64,000 bases of DNA, taken from assembly GCF_004010195.1 (NCBI RefSeq), contig NC_057718.1, forward strand, positions 73,841,931 to 73,905,930. The letters run 5' to 3'. The DNA comes from Chiloscyllium plagiosum. Lineage: Eukaryota. Both the position numbers and the translations under genes were made by a program. How positions within the stretch are numbered: position 1 is the stretch's first letter; each line of letters begins with the position of its first letter. Positions 1 to 12,349 of the stretch are shown here, in pieces. The notes below the pieces were generated by a model that was given only the letters and a program-made list of their open reading frames with translations, made no database searches and was not told the origin of the DNA.

Positions 1-190
1 CCTGTCTAATGCACCTAATCCCTGAACACCATGGGCAATTTAGCACAACCAATTCACCTAACCTGCACATCTTTGGACTGTGGGACGAAACTGTGGCACC
101 CAGAGGAAACCCACACAGACATAGGGCGAATGTGCAAACTCCACACAGACAATTGCCCGAGGCAGCAGTGTTAACCACTGAGCCACCCTG
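1..190 (-). mobile_element. HE1-like tRNA-derived V-SINE (partial, runs off window edge)
   Basis: Reverse complement of the 'ggtggcacagtggttagcactgctgcctc...tgtggagtttgcac...cccacagtccaaagatgtgcagg' SINE body seen at 19430, 33305 and 54400. Confidence 0.8.
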
Positions 191-194
191 CTGC

Positions 195-740
195 CCTTCT
201 ACCCCTCCATGCCCCTCATTATTTTATAAGCCACTATAATGTCACCCCTTAGTCTCTGACGCACCAGGAAAATAGCCCAAGCCTATTCAGCCTCTCTGTA
301 TAACTCAAGCCCTCCAAACCTTGACAACATCCTTTCAAGTCTCACAGCATCCTTCCTATAGGAGGGATACCAGAAGTGCATGCAGTTTTCCAGTAATGGC
401 CAAACCAATGTCCTGTAAAGCTGCAACATGACTTCCCAACTAATATTCAATGATCTAACCAGTAGACAAGCATACTGAATGCCTTCATAACTATCCTATC
501 TACCTGTGACCCCACTTAGAAGGAATTACGAACCTCTACTCTAATATCCTTTTATTCAGCAACACTCCCCCAGACCTTACCATTAAGTGTATTAGTCCTG
601 CCTTGATTTACCTTTCCAAATGCAGCAACTCACATTTATCGAAATTAAACTCCATCTACCAATTGGCCCATTGGTCCATGTGATCAAGATCTCGTTGTAC
701 TCTGAGGTAATCTTTTTTGCTGTCCATGCACCAACAGTCA
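195..740 (-). mobile_element. CR1/HER1-like LINE 3' fragment (RT C-terminal region)
   Basis: Reverse complement resembles the + strand CR1 copies at 3075-3730 and 36345-37030 (QFWSP-type segment); degenerate. Confidence 0.75.
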
Positions 741-804
741 GTTAGGCTGCAAGCTCCAAAGCCTTCAGTAGACCACCACAGATGCAGGGTGTTTTTTTTT
801 CCTT

Positions 805-1395
805 TTTATTCACTTGAGGGATGTAAGTGTTGCTGACTGGACCAGCATTTATTGCCTGTACCTAATTGCCTGAGAAGGTGGTAGTAAGGTGCTGTTTGGA
901 ACCACTGCAGGCCAAGTGCTCTAGGTTGATACCACAATGCTGTTATGGAGGGAATTCCAGTGACACTGCAGGAACAATGATATAGTACCAAGTCACGATT
1001 GTGAGTGACTTGGTGAGCAACTTGCAGGTGGTCGTGTTCCTAAGTATCTGCTGCCCTTGTCTTTCTAGATGGAAGTTGCCATCGATTTGGGAGGTGCTAA
1101 GTATTTTTTGCAAACTTCTACAGTTTATCTTGTCAGTAGTACACTACTGCTGTTAAGTTTTGGGGTGGTGGAGGAACGTGAGAGCGTGTTTGTGAATATG
1201 ATGCCATTCAAGCCGCTTCCTTTGTCCCAGATGGTGTTGAGTTTTTTGTGTTGTTGGAGCTGCACCCTCCAGGCAAGTGGAAAGTATTCCATCACATTTG
1301 ACGTATGCCTTGTAGGTGATGGTGCTTTGGGAGTCAGATGAATTGTTTGTGGTAGTATTCCTAGGCTCTGACCTGCTCTTGTAGCCACTGTACAG
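805..1395 (-). mobile_element. Ancient L2/CR1-group LINE 3' fragment
   Basis: Shares degenerate blocks in opposite orientation with 31100-31700 and 9300-9500; no intact ORF. Confidence 0.45.
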
Positions 1396-1489
1396 ATTCA
1401 ATTTGTGCGGTTTTGTTATCTGCAGTGTACTGCGACCTGAAAATATTAAGTGGAAATGTCTCTTTGTCCTCTGTACCCATGCTGTCAAA

Positions 1490-3070
1490 TTGATTGACAG
1501 AGTGTCAGTTCCAGGAATTCAGTTTGTTCTTGAGAATGATTTGGCAGGATCCAAGGTAGGAGTGACACCCCTTGTTGTGGAGAAACCCAAGGAAGACCAA
1601 GAAATAGGAGTTAAAACAGAAATATTCTGGTACATTCCCAGACTCTGTGATAACCAGATCCCATTATCATAGGTCACAGCACGAAGAAAAAAGAGAAAGA
1701 TGAAGGTGTTGAGGTTCGGTTAGCGGATACCCTGTTTATCGTAATGGTGCAGGAAAAACCTGAGCAGGCAGAGGGTCAGGCAGAAGTATTTAGTCCTGAA
1801 AGGTTAAGGGACTTGCTATAGCAAAACAAGACGATAAAAGATATTTATGTGGATGTGTACTCCGAAAAGGAGGCAGAGAATATTCCTGAGAGTTATTATC
1901 TGAAAAATGCCTAAGACTGAAAAGGAGACCACGGCAGCTTAGTGCAGAAGAAAAATGGGCTGAAGTGCACCAGATTGTGTTGCCGGTAGCATATAGACAG
2001 GAGGTGTTATGGTTAGCACATGAACTACCTGTAGGAGTCACCTAGGAGTAAAAATAACTCAGGCTAAGGTACAAAAACATTTTTATTGGTCTGGAATGCA
2101 CAATGATTGGTTAACTTTTGCCGTACGTGTCATACATGCCAAATGGTAGGTAATCCAAGGCGGTAATAAAACCATCACCTTTGTTGCCAATTCCCGCATT
2201 TGAAGAACCTTTCACTCAAGTTTATAATTGATTATGTAGATCCCCTCCCGAGAACTAAAAGTAGGAGCCAGTACTTGTTAACCATAATGGATGTGTCTAC
2301 CAGATTTCTGGAGGCAATTCCATGATGGAGTTCAAGGCAAAAAGGGTAGTATAGGAATTAGTAGCTTTCTTCACATGGTATGGGCTACCCAGAGAGATTC
2401 AGTCAGACCAAGGATCAAATTTTACTGCTAGGCTGTTTAAGGAGGTTAAGGATAGCTTAGGTATACAGCACTTTAAATCCAGTGCTTAACATCCTGAATC
2501 CCAGGGAGCTTTAGAAAGGTGGCATCAGACCTTGAAGACCATGTTGAGACCATACTGTCAGGGTTACCCGAATGATTGGGACAAAGGTATTCCCATATGT
2601 ATTGTTTGCCATTAGAGACGCCCCAAACAAATCTACTCACTTTACTCTCTTCAAGTTAATATTTGGGCTAAAGTGAGAGACCCTTTGAAATTAATTAAAG
2701 AAAAATTGACGGGACCAAAGTCGGAGATCTCACACTTAGATTATGTATTGGAGGTGAGGGAGAGACTAAATTGAGTAGGTGAGTTAGCTAAACAGCACCT
2801 AAAGAGGGCACAATGTAGAATGAAACAGGTGGCAGATAAAAGCTCTGAGACTTGGACGTTTTCCCAAGGGGATGACATGTTAGTACTGTTGCCAGTGATA
2901 GGAAATCCCTTCAAAGCCAGGTTTAGTAGATCCTATCAAATTGAGAAAAAGTTGCTTCAGGTGAACTATCCAATAAATATGCCAGATAGTAAGAAAAGTA
3001 TTGGGTATGTCATGTGAAAGTGTTGAAACTGTATTATACTAGAGAAAAAGAACTGGGGAAACGTGTTAGT
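1490..3070 (+). mobile_element. Gmr1-like Gypsy retrotransposon fragment: end of protease region plus integrase (pseudogenised)
   Basis: Frameshifted translation gives VPGIQFVLENDLAG, HHCC zinc finger (LAHELPVG-HLG...FYW...FCRTCHTCQ), DDE core (IMDVSTRF, IQSDQGSNF, HPESQGALERWHQTLK) and a GPY/F-like module (PFKARFSRSY). Confidence 0.85.
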
Positions 3071-3074
3071 AAGT

Positions 3075-3730
3075 AGAGTTGCACGTAGGTAGGATAGAGA
3101 AGAAGGCATTTGGTATGTTTTCCTTTATTGATCAGTGTATTGAATATAGGAGTTGAGAGGTCATGTTGTGGCTGTACAGGCCACTTTTGGAATATAGTGT
3201 GCTATTCTGGTCTCCCTCCTATAGGAAGGATGGTGTGAAAATTGAAAGGGTTCATAAAGGTTTTACAAGGATATTGCCAGGGTTGGAGGGTTTGAGCTAC
3301 AGGGAGAGGCTGAATTGGCTCAGGCTGTTTTCTCTGGAGTATTGGAGGCTGAGGGGTGATCTTACGAGGTTTATAAAATCATGAAGGGCCTAGATAAGGT
3401 GAAGAGAAAAGGTCTGTTTCCTTGAGGTAGGGGGAATTCAAAACTAGACAGCACAGGTTAAAGGTAAGAGGGGAAAGATTTAAAAGGGACCTAAGGGACA
3501 ACGTTTTCACACACTGGGTAGTGTATTTATGGAATGAGCTGCCAGAGGAAGTGGTAGAGGCTGGTACAATTACAGCATTTAAAAGGCATCTGGATGGATA
3601 TATGAATAGGAAAGGTTTAGAGGGATAAGGGCCAAGTTCTGGAAAATGGGATAGATTAATTTTGGATGAGTTGGCATGGATGAGTTGGACCAAAAGGGTC
3701 TGTTTGCATGTTGTACCTCTTTATGATGAT
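3075..3730 (+). mobile_element. CR1/HER1-like LINE 3' end
   Basis: ORF 3163-3384 (LYRPLLEYSVLFWSP...LSYRERL...LFSLE..RLRGDL) plus 3' UTR ending 'gttggaccaaaagggtctgtttgcatgttgta'. Confidence 0.9.
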
Positions 3731-4029
3731 AACTATGGAACATCAAGCATCTACTCAGCCTCGAGCAGGAGGTGACACTGGTGATGGTAATCAGAGACTT
3801 TGTCAAAATGCATTTGGAGGCATGTGTACAACAGACAGGTCTGTAGGAGAAAATAGCTTTCATAGCCCAGAGGCTGCTAGACTGCAGCTACACTATTGGC
3901 ACCAGTTGCCTCAAGCATACAATTGTCTAGCTGCACCCATTGATAGGTTGGGTCTGGCAAGGGAGAGCCAGGTCCAAAACTCTCAGAATCTGCCAGACAT
4001 ATGCACAAAACTGGACTCTATTGCCCTAT

Positions 4030-4292
4030 TGTGTAAAGTGTCAATGTTGGACTGCGGTGGACAAGGTCAGAAGCTACGTGACACAAGGTTATAGTCCAAC
4101 AGGTTTATTTGAAATCATCGGCTTTCAAAGCATTGCTGCTTCACCAGGTGAAGGGAAGAGAAGCACACAGACACAGAATTTATAAATTTGGTACCTGTAT
4201 ACTTATCTTCATTTCACCTGATGAAGGAGCAGCGCTCCAAAAGCTTGGTGATTTAAAATAAACCTGGTGAAATGTGACTTCTGTCTTTGTCC
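4030..4292. mobile_element. Short inverted PLE-terminal element (family B) with hammerhead-like motif
   Basis: Imperfect inverted arms; CTGATGA-A-GGAGC..GCTCC-aAAA-GCTT at 4218-4246; flanked by direct repeat attgcccta (4020-4028, 4293-4301). Confidence 0.65.
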
Positions 4293-4919
4293 ATTGCCCT
4301 AGATAATGGTCTCTATGAGTGATGGCATGGCTTAAGTGGGGTCAAGGAACCTTAAGATCACTCCAGGTGCCCCTTACACAGAGACAGAGATTCCTCCGGT
4401 GTTGGCAATTATTGGATGTTCATTTCTGTGAATGAGGAATGTGCACTCGGTGTCCATGGATCATGCCCTGAGATGGTGGTGCATGGTGACCAACATGGAG
4501 GATCCTCACAGTCTGCTGAAGTTGCAAGCTACCCACTCTGATGTCCATGTTGAGAATTCTTAGCTTCTAGTTTGCTCACAGTGGATGGTACAGTACGAAG
4601 CTGAATTTTAGTGAATTCTGCAGTTTATAATTTTGTCAACACATGATTAATCCTGCTTAATAGGGAAAAATTACATCTTTTGAAGTGTAAAGGAAAGAAG
4701 GCCCACCTGGCATGGATTAAGGTACTGGAAACAGAAGCTCTGTCAACCCTGTAAAGTCCTCCTTATTAACATCTGGGGGCTAGTGTCAAAATTGGGAGAG
4801 TGGTATCTCAGATTAGTCAAGCAATAGCCTGATATAATGATACTCATGGAATCATACCACATACATAGCAATACAGACAATGACATCATTATCCCACATG
4901 TTCTACCCCTGGCAGGGCA

Positions 4920-5534
4920 TGTTAGATTTTTTTTCCCTGAGATTCTTACACGTGATGCAATTGCAACACACCAACTTCTGTGAACAACCAAGATTTTATG
5001 AAGCATAGTACAGTACAAACTTTCTGGAGAAACTTTTAAAACACACCTCGCAGGACTTGCGGAGTCATGTCAAAGCTCTTCCTGAACAAGGAAAACAGTC
5101 CTTTCTTTGTACAAAATCTTTACATCACAGTTAGTAATGCCCACAAGACAACCCCCAGTCACTCCCTCACAGTAACATGCCACTTAAGACACAATACAGT
5201 GGCCACATCATCCCCAGAAACAATGTAATGCAAGTCATCCCTTAATGGTCAAATCTGTTGCAAATCATTTTTTTTGTAAGTATAGGGGAGGAGTCAAATT
5301 TCAACTGTAATGTTCTTATTGTTTTCTGAATAGTGGATGAAAATGTAAATAGTAGGAGATGGCAACGTAAATGGCTCTGAATGGCAAGGAAATGGCCATG
5401 TAAAGGCTCTGAATAATAGGAGATGATAATGCAGTTTCTTAAAATGTATCTGTAAGTCAGAGGCATCTCACCCTAGCCTCAGGACATCCAATTTCCTGCA
5501 GGTCAAATAGAGCAAATTAACTCTTTAATATCAC
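4920..5534. mobile_element. Probable solo LTR (second copy begins at ~63779)
   Basis: TG...CA ends; interrupts an older LINE; first ~250 bp aligns by eye with 63779-64000 (gagattcttacac, caacttctgtgaacaacca, aaacagtcctt). Confidence 0.5.
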
Positions 5535-5660
5535 AGATAGACCCAACAGAGATGGTGGCATAGTGGTTAGCAGTCAGGAGGGAGTTGCCCTTGGCTTTCT
5601 TAGCATTAATGGATGCTGCCTGAAGAACACAGCAATTCAGGCAGCATCCGAGGACAGGCA

Positions 5661-5700
5661 AAATCGACGTTTCGGGCAAAAGCCCTTCATCAGGAATAAA
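5661..5700 (-). ncRNA. Minimal type-I hammerhead ribozyme-like motif (PLE terminus)
   Basis: Minus strand reads auuc-CUGAUGA-A-GGGC(UUUU)GCCC-GAAA-CGUC-gauu: full core, 4-bp stem II, palindromic ACGU stem III, GUC triplet. Confidence 0.6.
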
Positions 5701-5892
5701 GGCAGAGAGCCTGAAGCGTGGAGAGATAAGCTAGAGGAGTTCCACATCCATCAAAGCTTTACCTGCACATCCACTAATATCATCTATTGTATCCGTTGCT
5801 CCCGATGCGGTCTCCTCTACATTGGGGAGACTGGGCGCCTCCTAGCAGAGCGCTTTAGGGAACATCTCCGAGACACCCGCACCAATCAACCA

Positions 5893-6134
5893 NNNNNNNN
5901 NNNNNNNNNNNNNNNNNNNNNNNNNNNNNNNNNNNNNNNNNNNNNNNNNNNNNNNNNNNNNNNNNNNNNNNNNNNNNNNNNNNNNNNNNNNNNNNNNNNN
6001 NNNNNNNNNNNNNNNNNNNNNNNNNNNNNNNNNNNNNNNNNNNNNNNNNNNNNNNNNNNNNNNNNNNNNNNNNNNNNNNNNNNNNNNNNNNNNNNNNNNN
6101 NNNNNNNNNNNNNNNNNNNNNNNNNNNNNNNNNN
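5893..6134. other. Assembly gap (242 N)
   Basis: Run of N. Confidence 1.
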
Positions 6135-6870
6135 CCTGGCCAGGTAGTCACGGAGGGAACGGTCTTTGCGGAAGGCGGAGAGGGGTGGGGAGGGAAATAT
6201 ATCCCTGGTGGTGGGGTCTGTTTGGAGGTGGCGGAAATGTCGGCGGATGATTTGGTTAATGCGAAGGTTGGTTTCCACCCTATCAGAGTATTGAAAATGT
6301 TTTATGTTATAACTGTTATTCTGATTTATTTTAAGGAGGAAAACGGATAAGAAAGGTAAAACAGTAATCGTCATAGTCTCAAAGCAGACAATGGAGCATC
6401 ATTTAACATGGGTATTCCAGAAATCTGCATAATTATGTGTTCATCAGGTCTCCGTAGGTGGAATTAGCTATGAAATTCCACTAGAAATACCTGGGCATTC
6501 CTGGCAAAATCTAGCCTATACATTAGCTGAGACTTCTGAACCAATGTAGTGTCTCACGTGCGAAAGATTTTGAAGATAGGACTTTTTTTTACCCGCCACT
6601 AATGGTCAACTGGGAGGTAAGAAGCCTGTGGAATGGATGGGTTTGGGTGTTGTCTTCCTGCTGCTATTTAACTAGAAGTGGTGAAGGTGGAGAATGGCTC
6701 TTCCATACAGAAGCCAATTGATCCACTAAAGTGACCAATTAAGGCACACTTCCTCCTGTCGCTGGTATTTTATCAGTGACAGGTGGGCTGTCTGCCATTT
6801 GGGGAGACTGCCTGATGAATCCGGGCAGCCTTCTGTAAGGTGACCAGGAGGACACTCCTATTCAGATAGC

Positions 6871-6986
6871 CATGATGTGGAGGAGCCAGTGTTGGATTGG
6901 GGTGAACAAAGTTAAAAATCACATATCAGGTTATAATCCAAACAGGTGCTGTTGGACTATAACCTGGTGTTACCTGATTTTTAACA
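6871..6986. mobile_element. Short inverted PLE-terminal element (family B)
   Basis: atgatgtggagg...gttaaaaatca...caggttata / tataacctg...tgatttttaac inverted arms; 13-bp direct repeat ctattcagatagc (6858-6870, 6987-6999). Confidence 0.7.
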
Positions 6987-9559
6987 CTATTCAGATAGCA
7001 TGTGGCCCAGAAAGAGGTCCATTAGTGGCAATGATCACCTCTGCAGTAGCTGCAGGTTGCACTTACCTGGTTAGGAGGACAACATTATCTTCTTCCAGAG
7101 ACAACCCCAACAGTTGCCGGGAACCAGTTGAGTATGTGTATTTTTGCATGGCCTTTTGACAGGTGCAATCTGTTCTTTTTCTACCTTGCAAAGTAAGGGC
7201 AGTTACTATTGAAACAGTCCAGTTTAGGCAGCACTCATACTGCTTTATAAAACCACACTAGGGATACTTAAAGAGTCATTTTTGTGGCTCTCATCCCCTG
7301 TTGTGTTGTACTGAAATGTAAACATGGTGCTAGATATGGATTGGATTTTTGCTCATGGATACCCAGGTTCCAAATAATTTGGTTTGGATCATTGACAGCA
7401 GAATAGACAAAGGGAAAGGCATCACACTGAGGTGATAGGCTGTGTTTTTAAACACCACTCTCTTGGGAGGTTTAACACAAAGATTGAGAGTGTCTTGAAT
7501 GAGGTCATTCTTTCCTGAGGTTTGTTATTGTTCCTGATCAAACCAGACATTTTTTTTGTCACCTGAAATGGTCCAAGTCCCCAGTGTAAAGCCTGTCTCC
7601 TCTTATGTTCTGATTAGTAAACACTCCAAACCTCTGAACCATAACATCCCACTGGGGATTGTGGTTTTTGCAGATTTCAGACGGGTTCCAGTTTTATATT
7701 CTCAATTACATTTGCAGGTCTCATTCAAACAGCCGCTTTTCCAATATAACTAGTCAGATTTCCAATATAACTAGCCTTGCTCAAAAGCAATTAAATTAGA
7801 ATAAAAATTATAATTAGTCTCTAAGATCGTTCTGGTGTACAAGGGATAGATAATCATAGAGAGGAAGACATGGAAGAGGAAGGCTGGCATGTGAGAAAAT
7901 AACTGATATGGGGATGAGGGCTGGTAAAGAAGACAACGTGTATCTGTGAAATAGAGGATTGTATAGAAAGAATTAGAGGTGCAGAGGTAAAGAAGAGCTC
8001 TTGTATACAGGGGTGGGGGTGGGGGAAACAAACATAACTGAAAGGCAACTGGAGAAGCAGACTGGAAAGGGAGACAAAAATTTTACTTAAATCCAGGAAC
8101 TACTTATATTTGACTTCACAAAAAAGAGGTGAAATGGCAAGGAAAATCTTTAACTCTTTTTTTCCTGCTTTTTTGTATTGAGGATTGGCTTGCCAAAGTG
8201 TCCAATTTCATACTTTGAATAAAAACCTCCTTAAATGGATTTCCAACCATGTCAAGTACATTAGCTGTTGTGGAACTTAATTGGAAATACTCCTAATGTT
8301 TTATTGGGTGAGCTTTTCACTTCTGTATTAAATCCCTTGTAAGTGGGTGGTCAAAGATGAGAAACTGGTAAGTGGAACTCCATCCCGCTACATAGGCTCC
8401 CATTAGCCATTATTATAACAGCTGGATTAAGACAGCTGAATATCCCACACAGGGCATTCTTTTAGCATTTTAAAATCAGGGCCCACAGTTCAGTTGTGAC
8501 CCAATTTAAGTTAAGCAATTGCCACACTGGTCTCCCATGGTTCATTCCTTGTAGGTACATCACATCATCATCTCATAAATCAAGAGAACAGGCTTAAAAA
8601 ACAAACAATTTGGTATAAAAATAACTTTATTTTTGCCAAACAAACTAATAAATAAATTGACAGTTGGTTTATAAACCTTATTAAAGCTCATAAAGCTTAT
8701 TAAACCTCTTAAAAAGTTAAGTCTGTTTACAAAATCTGTACATTTAAAACATTTTGCTAATAAACGTTTGCAACGTTAGAAGTTTGCAAGTATTTAGACA
8801 GGCTTAACGAGTGGAGTGGAATATCTGATGAAAAGTCATCCACTTGAATCTCTTTGCAAATGCTGCATGACCAGCTGAATATTTCCTGCATTTTCTCATT
8901 TTATTTCCATGTCCTCAGTGCCAGTAACAGACAGCAGCCTAGGCAGGCAAGGAGTACTCACAAGAGATTAAATTCTCTCCACTGCCAGGTTATTTATCTC
9001 TCTGTCCAGAACACTAGGGCTACAAACATTCTCCAGCTTCTCGTGGAAGTTAAACTGCGGTAAATTGGCCAGAGTTTTGACGTCTGTACTCAGAGTCAAG
9101 AAAATGAACGCTGTCATCTCCATAGATACAGTATTCCTTGTGATCCAAGAGCCTTGGTAATTTGTTAGTGTATGCCCTATACAAGATGGACTACAGCAAT
9201 CACTATAGTTCATTTGAGAGCATCTTCCAAATTGGCGACATTTACCAAGGGAAATAGATGCATAGAAACATGTAATTTCCTCTCCACTGGACGTACATAA
9301 GTCCTGGAATTATATCGCTGTTCCTTAAATGTTGCTAGGCCAAAATTGTAGAACTCCCTCCTAATAGAACTGTGGGATGTATCTACATCACATGGACTGC
9401 AGAAATTCAAAATGACATCTCACCACTACCTGCCCAAGATCGTGGGGTCAGGTGACAAATGCTGGTCTATCCAGTGAAACTGACGTCCCATGAATGAATA
9501 AAAGAGTTACAAAAGTGAAAATGCCCAAGTGAAAAATGCAATTTGATCAGTTAGTCTTA

Positions 9560-9732
9560 TGCTTTCCTTTATTGGCCAGAGCATTGAGCTAGGAGTTGGG
9601 AGGTCATATTGCGGCTGTACAGGACATTGGTTAGGCCACTTTTGAAATATTGCGAGCAATTCTGGTCTCCTTCCTATCAGAAGGATGTTGTGAAACTTGA
9701 AAGGGTTGAGAAAAGATTTACAAGGATGTTGG
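9560..9732 (+). mobile_element. CR1-like LINE fragment
   Basis: RLYRTLVRPLLKYCEQFWSPSY...LERVEKRFTRML. Confidence 0.8.
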
Positions 9733-10445
9733 TGCAGGTGTCCCAGAAATGTTCTCTGAAACGATCTGCAAGTTGGCAGTTTTTCTTTCCCGATCTGGAG
9801 ACCATATCGGGTGCACGGACACAGTAGATGACGTGAGGAAGTACAGTTGCATTTCTGTCAGATGTGGAAGGATCCTTTGAGGCCTTGAATGGAGGTGAGG
9901 GGGAAGTTGTGGTCGCAGGTTTTGCATTTCTTGCGATGGCAGAGGAAGGTGCTGGGCTGGTGGTGGGCGTGGATCTGACATGGAGGTCACGGAGGAAATG
10001 GTCTCTCCGAAACATAGATCAGAGTGAGGAGGGAAATATATCCTTAGTGGTGGGGTCTGTTTGTGGGTGACAGAAGTGGCAGAGGATGATGTGATGGTTG
10101 TTTCAGAGAACATCTCTGGGGGACACGCAATCAATGTGGATTTCACCAGTTTCCTCATTTCCCCTCCCCGCACCTTACCCCAGTCCCAAGTCTCCAACTC
10201 GGCACTGCCATCTTGACCTGTCCATCTTCCTTCCCACCTATCCGGTCCATGCTCCTCTCTGAGCTATCACTTTCACCCTCACCTTCATCTACTTATCACA
10301 TTCCCAGCTGCCTTTCCCCCCAGCCCTGAACTCCCTCCCATTTATCTCTCAGCCCCCTGGCCCGGCTTATGCCTAAAATGTCGATTCTCCTGCGCCTTGG
10401 ATGCTGCCTGACCTTCTGTGCTTTTCCAGTACCACACTCCCAAAC
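9733..10445. mobile_element. Penelope-like element fragment (GIY-YIG region on - strand, terminal part on + strand)
   Basis: - strand FRRDHFLRD...VIYCVR...LADRFREH; + strand family-A terminus (gtcgattctcctg...ggatgctgcctgacc...cttttccag) at 10380-10440. Confidence 0.75.
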
Positions 10446-10454
10446 CTCAACTCC

Positions 10455-12345
10455 TATACTCAATGCACTAGCCAAAAAGGTACCAAGCACCTTCTTCACT
10501 ACCCTCTCAACTTCAAGGGTCTATGAACCTGCACTCCAAGTCTCTATTTTCTGCAACACTCCCCAAGACCCTACTATTAAGTCTATAAATCCCACTCTGA
10601 TTTGCCTTACCAAAATACAACACCTCACATTATCTAAATTAAACTCTGTCTGCCACTCCTCAACCCATGAGCCCATCTGATCATGGTCCTATTATACTCT
10701 GAGATGACCTTCACAGTCCAATACACCACCAATTTTGGTGTGATCTGCAAACTTACTACCCATTCTTCCTATATTCACACCCAACTCATTTACATAAATA
10801 ACAAAAAGCAGTGGACCCAGCACTGATCCTTGCAGCACACTGCTGGTCACAGGCTTCCAGTCTGAATAACAACCCTCTATCACCACCTACCTTCAAGCCA
10901 ATTTTGTATTCAAATGGCTAGCTCACATTGGATTTCATGTGATCTAACCTTGCTAACCAGTTTTCGTGAGGAATCTTGTCAAACACTTTGCCAAAGTCCA
11001 TATAGACAGCATCCTCTGCTCTGCCTTCATCAATCATCTTTGTCACTTCTTCAAAAAACTCAATCAAGTTAGTAAGACATGATTTCCCAAGCACAAAGCC
11101 ATGTTCACTATCCCTAATCAGTCTTTGCTCTTCCAAATATATATAAATTCTATCCCTCAGAATTCCCTCAACAACTTATCTATCACCGATGTCAAGTTCA
11201 CCAGTCTATAGTTCCCTGGCTTTTCCTTACTACCTTTCTTAAATAATGGCACTGTGTTAGCCACCCTCCAGTTTTCCGGCACTTCAGTCCTGGCTACCAA
11301 TGATACAAATATCTGAGCAAAGGGCCCAGGAATCACTTCCCAGCTTCCCACAAAATTCTGTGATTTATCTGATTAGGTCCCAGGGATTTGTCCACCTGCA
11401 TGTGTTTTAAGATGTCTAGCACTTCATCCTCTGTAATATTGATAATTTTCAAGATCTCATTATTTCTTCTCCAAGTATTCTAGCCTCCATATCCTCCAGA
11501 GTAAACACTGGCACAAAATACTTGTCTAGTATCTTATCTTTCTCCTGCAGTTCCACATAAATGGCCTTGTTGATCTTTAAAGGGCCCTCTTCTCTCCTTA
11601 GGTATTCTTTTGCCCTTAATGTATCTGTAAAATCTCTTTGGATCCTTCTTAACCCTACTTGCCAAAGCTATCTCATGTCCTCTTTTCGCCCTCCTGTTTT
11701 CCCTGAGTATACTCCGATTGCCCTTTATACTCCTCGAAGGATTCACTCGATCCCACTGTCTATACTTGCTGTACTAAGAGAGGACATCTTGGAGGGGATC
11801 ATCCAGTGAGCCATATGGATGGAATGTAGAAATAAAAGTGTAGTCATTATGATACCGTTAAATGATACACCTTCCAATAGCCAATGGAAATTAAAGAAAC
11901 AGGTAGGTAAGCAGATCATGGAAAGATTTAAAAACAATGGAGTTGTGATCGTGGGTGATTTTAATTTCCCCAATATTCACTGGAACTCCCTTAATGCCAG
12001 GGGCCTATAAAGGGCAGAATTTGTAGGGTGCACTTAGGAGGGTTTCTTAAAACAAAATGTAGATAGTCAAACTAGGAAAGGGGCCATATTAGACATTGTA
12101 TTAGAGAATAAGCCTGGCCAGGTGATTAAAGATTCAGTAAGGGGACCATTTTGAAAAAAGAATGATCATAATTCTGTATGTTTTAAAATAATTATGGAAG
12201 AGGATAAGATTGGTTCTTGGCTAAAAGAACTAGATTGGGAGAAAACTAATTATAACAGTATTAGGCAAGAACTCAAAAAAATGGATTGAGGGCAACTGTT
12301 TGAAGGTAAATCAATATCTGACATGTGGGAGTCTTTTAAAAGTCA
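10455..12345 (-). mobile_element. CR1-like LINE ORF2 with 5' inversion (RT on -, endonuclease segment 11750-12345 on +)
   Basis: - strand WRVANTVPLFKKG, HGFVLGKSCLTNL, YMDFGKVFD, QGSVLGPLLF, KFADHTK; + strand VVIVGDFNFPNIHW (APE endonuclease). Confidence 0.85.
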
Positions 12346-12349
12346 CTGC

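Larger units (their letters stand above)
5610..6270. mobile_element. Penelope-like element pieces in inverted arrangement around an assembly gap (GIY-YIG endonuclease region)
   Basis: + strand FTCTSTNIIYCIRCSRCGLLYIGETGRLLAERFREH (GIY-YIG); - strand 6135-6270 RINQIIRRHFRHLQTDPTTRDIFPSPPLSAFRKD; hammerhead-like terminus at 5661-5700. Confidence 0.85.

Noticed and set aside
5855..6374. Long ORFs in the track spanning 5.9-6.1 kb
   Set aside because: Artefacts of translating through the N gap
7738..7774. Short tandem duplications (tttccaatataactag x2; also agtcatctcatcttca x2 at ~30937)
   Set aside because: Ordinary slippage or repair duplications with no functional context
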